A stretch of DNA of 64,000 nt, from assembly GCA_002067705.1 (NCBI GenBank), contig MVRL01000142.1:1142-65141 (forward strand), in the 5' to 3' direction. The notes under the pieces are model-generated. The model had not been told where the DNA came from. It made no database searches and saw only the letters and a list, made by a program, of their open reading frames with translations. Position 1 is the first letter of the stretch, and every line of letters begins with the position of its first letter. Positions 9,243 through 17,566 of this stretch are shown in pieces. A program made the position numbers and the translations under genes. Origin of the DNA: Methanosaeta sp. PtaU1.Bin112. Lineage in GTDB: Archaea; Halobacteriota; Methanosarcinia; Methanotrichales; Methanotrichaceae.

Positions 9243-11597
9243 ATGATTAATAGGTTCATCATATTTGGCCCAGTCTTTCCCTCAGGCCTGTTTCGTCTTA
9301 TCGCCGGCCTTTTGGCAGTCGCTATCTTGCCCAGTTCCGGCTTTGCATACGATGCAGCAGGATCGGCAAGTTTATCGTCCCAGTCTTTCGATTATGCCAC
9401 TGCGCAGCGATTTGTGCCCGCAAATGCAATCGGGTCAATGTTCAATATGAGCGTGGACCCGCACTGGATAGCCGGCACTCATTCTTTCTGGTATCTGAAG
9501 ACTGGCAGAAACGGCCAGGAGTTCATGCTCGTTGACCTGCAAAACAGCACTAAAAAGCCGGCATTTAACCATTCATTGCTTGCCCTGTCCTTATCCCAGG
9601 CCACAGGCGAGGCGGTTGATCCAGCTCATCTCCCATTCGATGAGATCACCATTCATCCGGGAAGCAATGAGATTGAATTTTGGGCCTTTAGCCGTACAAT
9701 GCAGTTCAACCTGAAGAGCGGCCAAATAGTCGATGCACCCGCAGAGCATGAGGTAATGCCCGGCGAGGCACTCTCTCCAGACGGCAGGTTTGCGGCATTC
9801 GTCCGCGACCACAACCTCTGGATCAGAGATGCGGAAAATGGAGAAAAATATCCGTTGACTTCCGACGGAACAGAGGACTATGCCTATGCAGAGCGCTCTG
9901 ATACCGTCAGCCATCCCGTGAGCCTAGTCCGCCTCAATGAGACGGCAACTCCCTATCTGGTCTGGTCGCCGGATTCTCGAAGGATTGCCACATTCAGAAT
10001 GGACCAGAGAAATGTGACCGAGATGCATCTTCTCCAATACGCTCCGGATAACGGCTCTCGCCCGAAGCTCTGGACCTACAGGTTCGCATTGCCGGCAGAC
10101 GAAGCAATTCCCATGTATGAGCCGATAGTAATAGATGTTCAAAAGAGGGAGGTGATTGCCGTATCCTATCAGGCTCAGCCTGAGGTATCTCTGATGGATA
10201 CGGATGATGATGTGCTGCAGTGGTGGAGCGATGACGGCCAGGCGCTTTACTCGCTCTATGCTCTGAGGGGAGAGAAAGCATTGCTTCTCTTGAAGACCGA
10301 TCCGGCCAACGGCCAGACTGAGGAGATCCTCGGTGAGAAGGGCCGAACCTACGTAGAAGCAAACCTGGATTATGCGAGCCTACCCAATGTCAGGGTCCTG
10401 AGGAACGGAGACCTGGTCTGGTTTTCTGAGAAAAACGGCTACGGCAATCTATATCTCTATGGAAGAGACGGCAGGCAAAAGAGCATCATAACTTCCGGGG
10501 ATTGGGTGGTAAGAGAGCTTCTGTTTGTAGATGAGAATAACTGCCAAATCTATTTCACAGCCGGAGGCAGAGAGCCGGGCCGCGATCCCTATTACCGTCA
10601 TTTATACAGATGCAATCTGAGCGGCGGCGACTTGCAGCTGCTCACCATTGAAGATGCTGACCATGATATTCAGGTCAATCCCGAAGGCACGGCCTTCGTA
10701 GATACTTACTCCCGGGTGGACAAGCCACCGGTATCGGTCATTAGAGACAGAAACGGCTCTGTGACCCTCGATTTGGAGATCGGAGATATCAAGAACATCA
10801 CAGATATGGGCTGGACATCGCCTGAGAGAATTCAGGTCAAGGCGCTGGATGGAAGGACAGATCTGTATGGGCTGATCATCAAGCCTACCAGCTATAGCGC
10901 CTCCCAAAAGTATCCTGTTGTGGAGACCGTCTATCCTGGTCCCTGGACCACGGTCACGACAAAATCGTTCCCATGTGATCTCTCCTTTACAAGCAAGGTC
11001 TTCTGGAGGGCTCAGGCCGTCGCAGAGCTGGGATTTATCGTCGTCACTCTGGATGGTCCCGGGACGCCCTACAGGTCCAAGCAATTCCATGATGCCTCCT
11101 ATGGCCATCTGGGCGATGCCGGGTATCTGCCCGAGCACATCAATGCTCTCAAGCAGCTGGCGCAGGAGCGGCCGTACATGGACCTGAGCCGAGTGGGGAT
11201 GTTCGGCCACTCTGCAGGCGGATTCATGACCGCTCAGGCTCTTCTCACCTATCCGCAATTCTACAGGGTGGGCGTGGCCTCGGGAGGGGATTACGATAGC
11301 CGGTTTTATGGGGCTTACTGGGGTGAGAAGTATGAGGGGCTGAACCTGTCGGATTATGGGGAGCAGATAACCTCCCGGAAGGCCGGAGACCTGACCGGCA
11401 AGCTGCTGCTCATCACCGGGGATGTGGATGATAACGTCAATCCCTGCATGACCATGCAGCTTGTGAATGCGTTCATAGATGCGGATCTTCCCTTCGATCT
11501 GCTGGTTATGACGAACAGAAACCATGACCTCAGCTACGAGACGTATTATCTGCATCGCCTGTTCCGTTACCTTGAAGAGAATCTGAAAGAAGCCTGA
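9243..11597 (+). CDS. S9 / dipeptidyl-peptidase IV-like serine peptidase, secreted
   Basis: Signal peptide, DPP IV N-terminal propeller (WSPDSRRIA), GHSAGG nucleophile, GDVDDNV and NRNH catalytic Asp/His. Confidence 0.92.
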   Translation: MINRFIIFGPVFPSGLFRLIAGLLAVAILPSSGFAYDAAGSASLSSQSFDYATAQRFVPANAIGSMFNMSVDPHWIAGTHSFWYLKTGRNGQEFMLVDLQNSTKKPAFNHSLLALSLSQATGEAVDPAHLPFDEITIHPGSNEIEFWAFSRTMQFNLKSGQIVDAPAEHEVMPGEALSPDGRFAAFVRDHNLWIRDAENGEKYPLTSDGTEDYAYAERSDTVSHPVSLVRLNETATPYLVWSPDSRRIATFRMDQRNVTEMHLLQYAPDNGSRPKLWTYRFALPADEAIPMYEPIVIDVQKREVIAVSYQAQPEVSLMDTDDDVLQWWSDDGQALYSLYALRGEKALLLLKTDPANGQTEEILGEKGRTYVEANLDYASLPNVRVLRNGDLVWFSEKNGYGNLYLYGRDGRQKSIITSGDWVVRELLFVDENNCQIYFTAGGREPGRDPYYRHLYRCNLSGGDLQLLTIEDADHDIQVNPEGTAFVDTYSRVDKPPVSVIRDRNGSVTLDLEIGDIKNITDMGWTSPERIQVKALDGRTDLYGLIIKPTSYSASQKYPVVETVYPGPWTTVTTKSFPCDLSFTSKVFWRAQAVAELGFIVVTLDGPGTPYRSKQFHDASYGHLGDAGYLPEHINALKQLAQERPYMDLSRVGMFGHSAGGFMTAQALLTYPQFYRVGVASGGDYDSRFYGAYWGEKYEGLNLSDYGEQITSRKAGDLTGKLLLITGDVDDNVNPCMTMQLVNAFIDADLPFDLLVMTNRNHDLSYETYYLHRLFRYLEENLKEA

Positions 11598-11689
11598 AAG
11601 ACGGCGAGCAGTCCTGGTCGTCTTGGTCGACATGTTCTACCCGGTTGAGCTGGTCGGGCTGCTCTTTTCCATTTTTCAAAGAACGCGAT

Positions 11690-12976
11690 TTATGCCGCCC
11701 TGCCGTGGCACTTCTTGTACTTCAGACCGCTCCCACAGGGGCAGGGATCGTTTCTTCCGGGATTCATGACCATATGCGAGATCTGGCCCTCTTTCATGTA
11801 GTTCATAATATTGGCCGGGGCTCTGCCCTGACGGAGTTCATGAGCCATGAACCGCATAGCTCCATCGATGTGCCTGAAGAAGCCCCTGTAGCCCTCACAG
11901 AGATAGTTGAGACCCGCCTGCCCGTCCGGCGTCTTGATGAATCGGTTCTTGGGGCATTCGCCGTTGCAGACGAAGAGGACCTCGCATCTGCGGCAGTATC
12001 CGGGCAGGGTATCTTGTTTGTCCAGGCCGAACTTGCGCTGTTTTTTCGAGCCTGCCAGAAGGGACATCTCCTTCTCGTTGATATTGCCCAGGAGATGCCT
12101 GGGCTCCACAAAGTGATCGCAGGAGTACATGTCGCCATTGTGCTCCATGGCCATGGCGGTACCGCAGGTGGGCGAGAAGGCGCAGATTCCGGGAGGGGCT
12201 CCCGACCAGGCGGCCAGAGCCACATCGAAGATCTGCACATAGGTTTTGCCCACATCCCTCTTCACCCATTCATCAAAGATGGAGATAAGGAAACGGCCAT
12301 ACTGGTCAGCCCTGACAGAGCGATCCGTGACGGTGTCGCCCTCCTGAAATCCGGTATCGTTGTCTCTTTCTACGATGGGTATGAACTGGATGAAACTCGC
12401 CCTGACCTCATCTCTGAGAAAGCGGTAAACCTCCAGAGGATGATCGCCATTGGCAGCATGAACCGTAGTGAGGATATTGTATTCAACCTTATGCTTTCGC
12501 AGGAGCCTGGCGGCCTTCATCACCCGGTCAAAGGTTGGATTGCCGGATTTATCAACGCGGTAAGCATCATGAAGCTCTCTAGGCCCGTCCAGGCTCAGGC
12601 CGATGAGGAAGTTGTTGTCATGGAAGAATTCGCACCACTCATCATCAAGAAGGGTTCCGTTGGTCTGCATGGTGTTCAGAATGGCCATATTCGGGCGCCT
12701 GTATTTCTGCTCGTACTGAATCGATCTCCGGAAGAAATCCAGACCCATCAGCGTCGGCTCGCCTCCCTGCCAGGCGATGGTAGCCTGAGGGGCTTTCTGA
12801 GCCCCTATGTACTGGCGGATGTAGCTTTCCAAAAGCTCATCCGACATACGGAAGCTGCTCTCTGGATAGAGGTTCTTCTTGGAGAGAAAAAAGCAGTACT
12901 TGCAGCCCAGATTGCACAGAGCCCCTGTGGGCTTGGCCAGGAGATGAAAAGCAGGCAGAGAGTCCTTCTTGCTCAT
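11690..12976 (-). CDS. Anaerobic sulfatase maturase (radical SAM/SPASM) with C-terminal SEC-C motif
   Basis: AKPTGALCNLGCKYCFF (CxxxCxxC), WQGGEPTL, YSCDHFV, CNGECPKNR, GRNDPCPCGSGLKYKKCHG. Confidence 0.95.
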   Translation of the reverse strand: MSKKDSLPAFHLLAKPTGALCNLGCKYCFFLSKKNLYPESSFRMSDELLESYIRQYIGAQKAPQATIAWQGGEPTLMGLDFFRRSIQYEQKYRRPNMAILNTMQTNGTLLDDEWCEFFHDNNFLIGLSLDGPRELHDAYRVDKSGNPTFDRVMKAARLLRKHKVEYNILTTVHAANGDHPLEVYRFLRDEVRASFIQFIPIVERDNDTGFQEGDTVTDRSVRADQYGRFLISIFDEWVKRDVGKTYVQIFDVALAAWSGAPPGICAFSPTCGTAMAMEHNGDMYSCDHFVEPRHLLGNINEKEMSLLAGSKKQRKFGLDKQDTLPGYCRRCEVLFVCNGECPKNRFIKTPDGQAGLNYLCEGYRGFFRHIDGAMRFMAHELRQGRAPANIMNYMKEGQISHMVMNPGRNDPCPCGSGLKYKKCHGRAA

Positions 12977-13082
12977 TGATGATTATTATCCATCAGGCCT
13001 TCATTAATCTTCTCATCCTGACTGCAGGAAATGCTGTGAACCCATCGAAAGATCAGCTGATCGAGATGATGAGATCAACTGT

Positions 13083-13805
13083 TCATAAAATATCCGACAG
13101 CATCTGTCGGCGCGGGCCTTGCCAATCTCGTAGGAAGAATCTGGGCTTGAGCTTGCCTCTCACCCGCGCTCTTTTGTAAATGATAACCTTATCCTTTTGC
13201 CCGGTCTTCTCAGCCAGCAGAGCCTCTAATGTCTCTTTTTCCTTTTGGTTCAGCTCTATCTCGCCCTCTCTGCCGGTCGACCAATCGAATATCCGGACTC
13301 TGTACTGGGTTTTTATATGAAGGAGTCTGCCCTTTTCTTCCTCTTCGCCACCATCTTTCGTTCTCATGCCGCAAGCATACTCCACCGGGCTCTCAAATTT
13401 CGGGCAGTTCTCATCCGGCCGGCACAGTCCAATATCTGCCACTCCCAGATCTGGATAGCCTTTGCTCTGCCGTTTCATAATCCTGCATCTGGGGCAGTGC
13501 ATCTTAAGGAACCACTCATCAAAGATCCGCTCTTGCACGGCAGTCGCGCCCGACCAGATCTTTTTTGCCTCCTCGCGTCGATAGCCTGTCTGCCCAAGGA
13601 ATGCCGCCAGGATGGCAGCGGTTCTGTGCCTACCACTCCCGCCTCCCCCTCCGGAGATGATGCCCTTGATGCAGGGCGGAAAAGCCTGCTCCTGCACAGG
13701 CTCAAGGGCAGTCCAGAGCATCTCCTCCCATGCTGTTATGTTCTGAATGGATACTGGGATCTCCTCTCCCTCGGCAGGCAGAAGGAGGCGTTTATTGGCA
13801 GGCAT
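13083..13805 (-). CDS. Stand-alone protein resembling the 4Fe-4S C-terminal domain of primase large subunit (PriL-CTD/PriX-like)
   Basis: FPPCI...RHRTAAILAAFLGQTG...CPRC...GLCRPDENC...SPVEY pattern. SD-preceded ATG 13805 lies 4 nt after the marker-14 stop. Confidence 0.65.
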   Translation of the reverse strand: MPANKRLLLPAEGEEIPVSIQNITAWEEMLWTALEPVQEQAFPPCIKGIISGGGGGSGRHRTAAILAAFLGQTGYRREEAKKIWSGATAVQERIFDEWFLKMHCPRCRIMKRQSKGYPDLGVADIGLCRPDENCPKFESPVEYACGMRTKDGGEEEEKGRLLHIKTQYRVRIFDWSTGREGEIELNQKEKETLEALLAEKTGQKDKVIIYKRARVRGKLKPRFFLRDWQGPRRQMLSDIL

Positions 13806-13809
13806 TCTC

Positions 13810-15330
13810 CTAAGCTCTCTTGTGTCCTCCCACAAAATAAGCCTGAGTCTCCTTGTCCGGCCTGGCAAGCTGGGGAACAGCGGCATCGCTCTTGCTTGAC
13901 TCATAATCCATCCTCTGCTTGAGGATGCACTTTCCTCCTCGCAGACCTCCCAGCGGATTCTTTGGGGTTCCCATGGAGTTCATGCACCGGGCCATGACCG
14001 CCGCTCCTCGCGCAAGACCATCATCCACGAAGACCACATTCTTCTCCACCTGATCGTAAAGTCCCAGCTTCTCTATCTCCTCCAGAATCAAGGATGGCTT
14101 GCCGCCGCTGATCCCCGCCCTTCCGGTAACACCCAGAGCGGTATTCTTGCTGACGACGCCCTCTTCGATACCCACCTGCACCAGCCTTCTGGCTGCCCTA
14201 GCCATGGCGATATCCAGTGCGCCAAAGAGGATCTTGAGGTTCTTTGAGCGGTAAATATCCTCTCCAATCTTGGCTAGCTTGGGAAGGTCGCTGCCGTTTA
14301 CACCCACATCACAGCCGATGAGCACCACATTATTCTGAGCGGCGGCCTCCGGGCATACGGGCACGAGGCCGTATTTTGTGCGGCTTGCCGGGACCTTCTC
14401 AATTTTCACCAGCTCGTCGATCTGATTTCCGTATTGCTGTGCCTCTTTGCCGTAGTCCGGCTTGGTCTTGCCGTCAAAGATATCCAGCGTCGCTCCCGTC
14501 TTCTTGTCGACCAATCCCGTTCCCTGGACAACGGCATCGGGAATGGCTCCTGCCAGGCCGAGAAGATTGCCGATGGTGTAGGCATAGGGAAGATCGCCGC
14601 TCGTCACCCTTCCGTCCAGGGTGGTGCCAAAGTCCATGGAGAGGCATGGATTGCGGAAGTCAACATCCGTCCAGCGGCTGCCTTCCTTTATGCCTGCGGT
14701 GGCCAGCTCCCCTTCCATCTCATTGGCAACAACCTCGACTCCGGTTGAGCCCTGCGGCGGAAAACAGGATGCTACGGCCCCCATGAATATCACCTTCTCA
14801 ATCAGGGTGAAGTTCTTGAATTTATCAATAATGTTATGGATGCTCATCGCCGGGGTCATGAGACGGGGCGGAACTCCGGCGTCAAGGCAGCCCTGGGCCA
14901 ATGCCTGGATGAAGGCGCCCACCTGGTCAGGCGAGTCCAGCTCGGCTACAACGCCTGTGGAGCGCACCACAAAATGCAGGTCGGTCTTGATATCCAGGCG
15001 GGCCTTATCGTGGCTCTCAATGAGGGTATTTTTTACAAGCTCGGCAATTGATTCTCTGGTGAGAGGGGTTCCATTAATGGTGTGGGCAAAGACCTCCTCT
15101 CCGGGCTTGGGACTGCGCACGTCCCTGGTCATCTTCACCGTCTTGTTGACGATGTAGGTCTTGCCGTTGTTCATGTCCGTGGCGGTAAGAACGCATTTGG
15201 TGGTGGTATTTCCTACCTCTACCGAGGCAACGATGTAAAATGGCTTGAGTTTGAGGTCAAGATAATTGAATGGCGGGCTGCTGGCAATGCGAGGCGTTGG
15301 TTTTGATCTGAAGAGTCGAGCGAAGTTCAT
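13810..15330 (-). CDS. Methanogenesis marker protein 14 (ASKHA-like ATPase motifs)
   Basis: VASVEVGNTTTKC and SMDFGTTLDGR; about 500 aa; C-terminal DDGLARGAAVMARCMNS. Start could be TTG 15354. Confidence 0.85.
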   Translation of the reverse strand: MNFARLFRSKPTPRIASSPPFNYLDLKLKPFYIVASVEVGNTTTKCVLTATDMNNGKTYIVNKTVKMTRDVRSPKPGEEVFAHTINGTPLTRESIAELVKNTLIESHDKARLDIKTDLHFVVRSTGVVAELDSPDQVGAFIQALAQGCLDAGVPPRLMTPAMSIHNIIDKFKNFTLIEKVIFMGAVASCFPPQGSTGVEVVANEMEGELATAGIKEGSRWTDVDFRNPCLSMDFGTTLDGRVTSGDLPYAYTIGNLLGLAGAIPDAVVQGTGLVDKKTGATLDIFDGKTKPDYGKEAQQYGNQIDELVKIEKVPASRTKYGLVPVCPEAAAQNNVVLIGCDVGVNGSDLPKLAKIGEDIYRSKNLKILFGALDIAMARAARRLVQVGIEEGVVSKNTALGVTGRAGISGGKPSLILEEIEKLGLYDQVEKNVVFVDDGLARGAAVMARCMNSMGTPKNPLGGLRGGKCILKQRMDYESSKSDAAVPQLARPDKETQAYFVGGHKRA

Positions 15331-15490
15331 GGTGAGAGGAGATGGGTCAGGCAAGATTAAACCTTTGGGTGGGGTGGTTTCCGCTAATCATCAATCGATC
15401 CGTGCGCCGCGAAGCGATGGGTGGCTGCGGTCTGGGTGCGGTTTATCTTCCCGCTTGGCAGCGTGTCTTTTCTATCCGCTATTGATTATC

Positions 15491-15891
15491 GCAATTGTCT
15501 ATATCTATTGGAAAAAGAACGGTAAGAATGGCGATCCGTGGCAAATACCATTTTAATCTCCCTCCTTTACGCGGATCACCCTCTACTCCTTTAGATAAGG
15601 TCTCTATGCTAATTCGTCGCGGCAGAGCGGCTGCATTGGAGATAAGGTACTATGCCATAACAAAAGAAATATATATCAGATGAACATAGTTAGTGTTAGG
15701 TGATGGGGCCTCTGCACCGATCAAGACTAGTGTCCCTTCAAAGACGCCTTATCACCATTCACCTCTTAATCCTTCAGCCCTTTTGCAGGCGGAAAAGGTT
15801 CCCTCAGTGCTTGGTGACTTGATTGGACCCAATGGATTAAGCTCATCATTTATGCTGATCGAAAACTATTTATCTCGGCAATTGTCTATAT
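15491..15891. repeat. 14-bp direct repeat GCAATTGTCTATAT (15491-15504 and 15878-15891)
   Basis: Two identical copies read directly in the 750-bp intergenic region. Confidence 0.8.
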
Positions 15892-16103
15892 ACTTTCAGG
15901 TGAAAGTCGATAGTGTTTCCTCCTACCTCCTTTACCCTTCGGCTTTCCCTCCCTCCTACTTGTCACTTCAAATACGGATGATTCCTGATACCTCTGCTCT
16001 TAATAATCTTTCATAGCCTAAGATTCGGCATATCTCCGTCTTTAGTAATTCGTGCAGAAATCTAAATAGAATTAGTTATGTACATTGTTATAGAAACATT
16101 TTG

Positions 16104-17027
16104 ATGGAGGGACTTAATATAAGAAGCATCGAATTTTTAGCAGTTGCCTGCATGGTAGCTCTTCTGGGATCATCTTCAGTTATCTGGGCGGCCATAGCAG
16201 ATGAAAATGAAAGCTATGTATATATATTAGAACCAGAAGCAAGAGAAGACCTGATTGCATTTGTGAATGAAGCCAGTGACTTCGTTGTGGTACAAGGCAA
16301 GGATAAGGCCCTTGAAGTATTCAATGATCCCAATGGAGAGTTTACCAGAGGCGAACTCTACATAATCGCCTATGACTTCAATGGGACCCGCTTGGCGCAC
16401 CCCTATCTGCCAGCAGGGATCGGCAAAAATGCCCTCAACGTGACCGATTCCAATGGGGTTGCCGATGTTGTGAATATGCGCGAGGTAGCAAAAAGGGGTG
16501 AGGGATGGACTTACTACATCTGGCCCAATCCCGCTCATTCTGATGAAGAGCAGCTTAAGCTTACCTATGTTCTCAAGGTAGATGATGGATTATGGCTGGC
16601 AGCAGGTACTTATCTGAGAATACATACACCCATCTTCAGCAACGAATACAGAGAAGATCTCGTGGGCTTTGTGGGGAAAGCAAGAGACTTCGCACTAAGC
16701 ACCTCCCAGGAGGAAGCAGTTAAGGCCTTCAATGATATAAATGGCAGTTATGTCGAAGGAAACCGTTATATATTCGCCTATGACTTTGCTGGTAATTGCT
16801 TAGCACTTCCTACTCAGTCCGAATTTTTAGGAGTAAACAGGATTAATATCACAGATTCTAACGGCGTTGAATACATCCGAGACATGATCGCTCTTGCCAA
16901 AGGAGGAAACGGTTTCGTTTACTATATAAAGCCCGATCCGGCAGAAAACATGACACAGGGATTCAAGTTGAGCTATATTACGAAAGTGGATGATACCTGG
17001 TGGTTAGGGGCAGGGATCTACGCATAA
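16104..17027 (+). CDS. Secreted tandem Cache-domain protein with no signalling domain
   Basis: Signal peptide and two internal repeats (ELYIIAYDFNGTRLAHP...DSNGV / NRYIFAYDFAGNCLALP...DSNGV; KLTYVLKVDDGLWL / KLSYITKVDDTWWL). Confidence 0.88.
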   Translation: MEGLNIRSIEFLAVACMVALLGSSSVIWAAIADENESYVYILEPEAREDLIAFVNEASDFVVVQGKDKALEVFNDPNGEFTRGELYIIAYDFNGTRLAHPYLPAGIGKNALNVTDSNGVADVVNMREVAKRGEGWTYYIWPNPAHSDEEQLKLTYVLKVDDGLWLAAGTYLRIHTPIFSNEYREDLVGFVGKARDFALSTSQEEAVKAFNDINGSYVEGNRYIFAYDFAGNCLALPTQSEFLGVNRINITDSNGVEYIRDMIALAKGGNGFVYYIKPDPAENMTQGFKLSYITKVDDTWWLGAGIYA

Positions 17028-17191
17028 GGAGCAATACCAAGAGCTTATGGGTCATCGCTATTTCAGCTCGCTATTTGATAGACCAATATGGGCTATATGA
17101 ATTATTTCGTCTGCTCCTCTTTCCAATTCATTTTCTGCCCTACATGGGAAGCCTCATGAATAATAACAGTTCTATAAAGAAGGCGATAATC

Positions 17192-17530
17192 ATGAAGTTG
17201 ATCAAAGTAGATCAAGTAGCTAAATAGCCGTGGGAAGATAAATTCTTTTCCTGTCCGGTCACCTTGCAAGCAATTATTGGAAAAGAACTTAGTGAAAACT
17301 TCTTGATACAGCAGGTGAACTTCAGCAAGGGTGTAAGGAACAAATTTCACAGTTACTCTATCGAACAAATCCTCATTATCGCGGAAGGCAATGGTATTGT
17401 TGCCAAAGATAACGAAAATATAATCGTTAGACCTGGTGATGTCATATTCATTCCCGCGGGAGAGAAACCCGATCACAGTAAATTAGAATGCCAAAAAAAT
17501 GATTGCGGAGTTGCAGGTTATCCTCAATAG
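17192..17530 (+). pseudogene. Cupin-domain pseudogene (in-frame TAG at 17225-17227, divergent C-terminus)
   Basis: MKLIKVDQVAK*PWEDKFF...FSKGVRNKFHSYSIEQILII...VRPGDVIFIPAGEKPDH is one frame broken by TAG. The usual HWHG end is degraded. Confidence 0.75.
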
Positions 17531-17566
17531 ATGGAACTGGGATTTCTGTCCCAGTTCATTCTTCTT

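Noticed and set aside
11645-12979. 444-aa plus-strand ORF
   Set aside because: It is an exact antisense shadow of the sulfatase maturase with no motifs. The same applies to 10602-11633, 5308-6168, 882-1736 and most other overlapping ORFs in the track.
16104-16121. ATA start for the Cache protein (GGAGGG 7 nt upstream)
   Set aside because: An in-frame ATG exists at 16104, so the case is ambiguous and is not counted with the ATT examples.
17225-17227. In-frame TAG in the cupin as pyrrolysine readthrough
   Set aside because: No pyl genes are in the window, Methanothrix is not known to encode Pyl, and the gene's 3' end is also degraded. A nonsense mutation is simpler.
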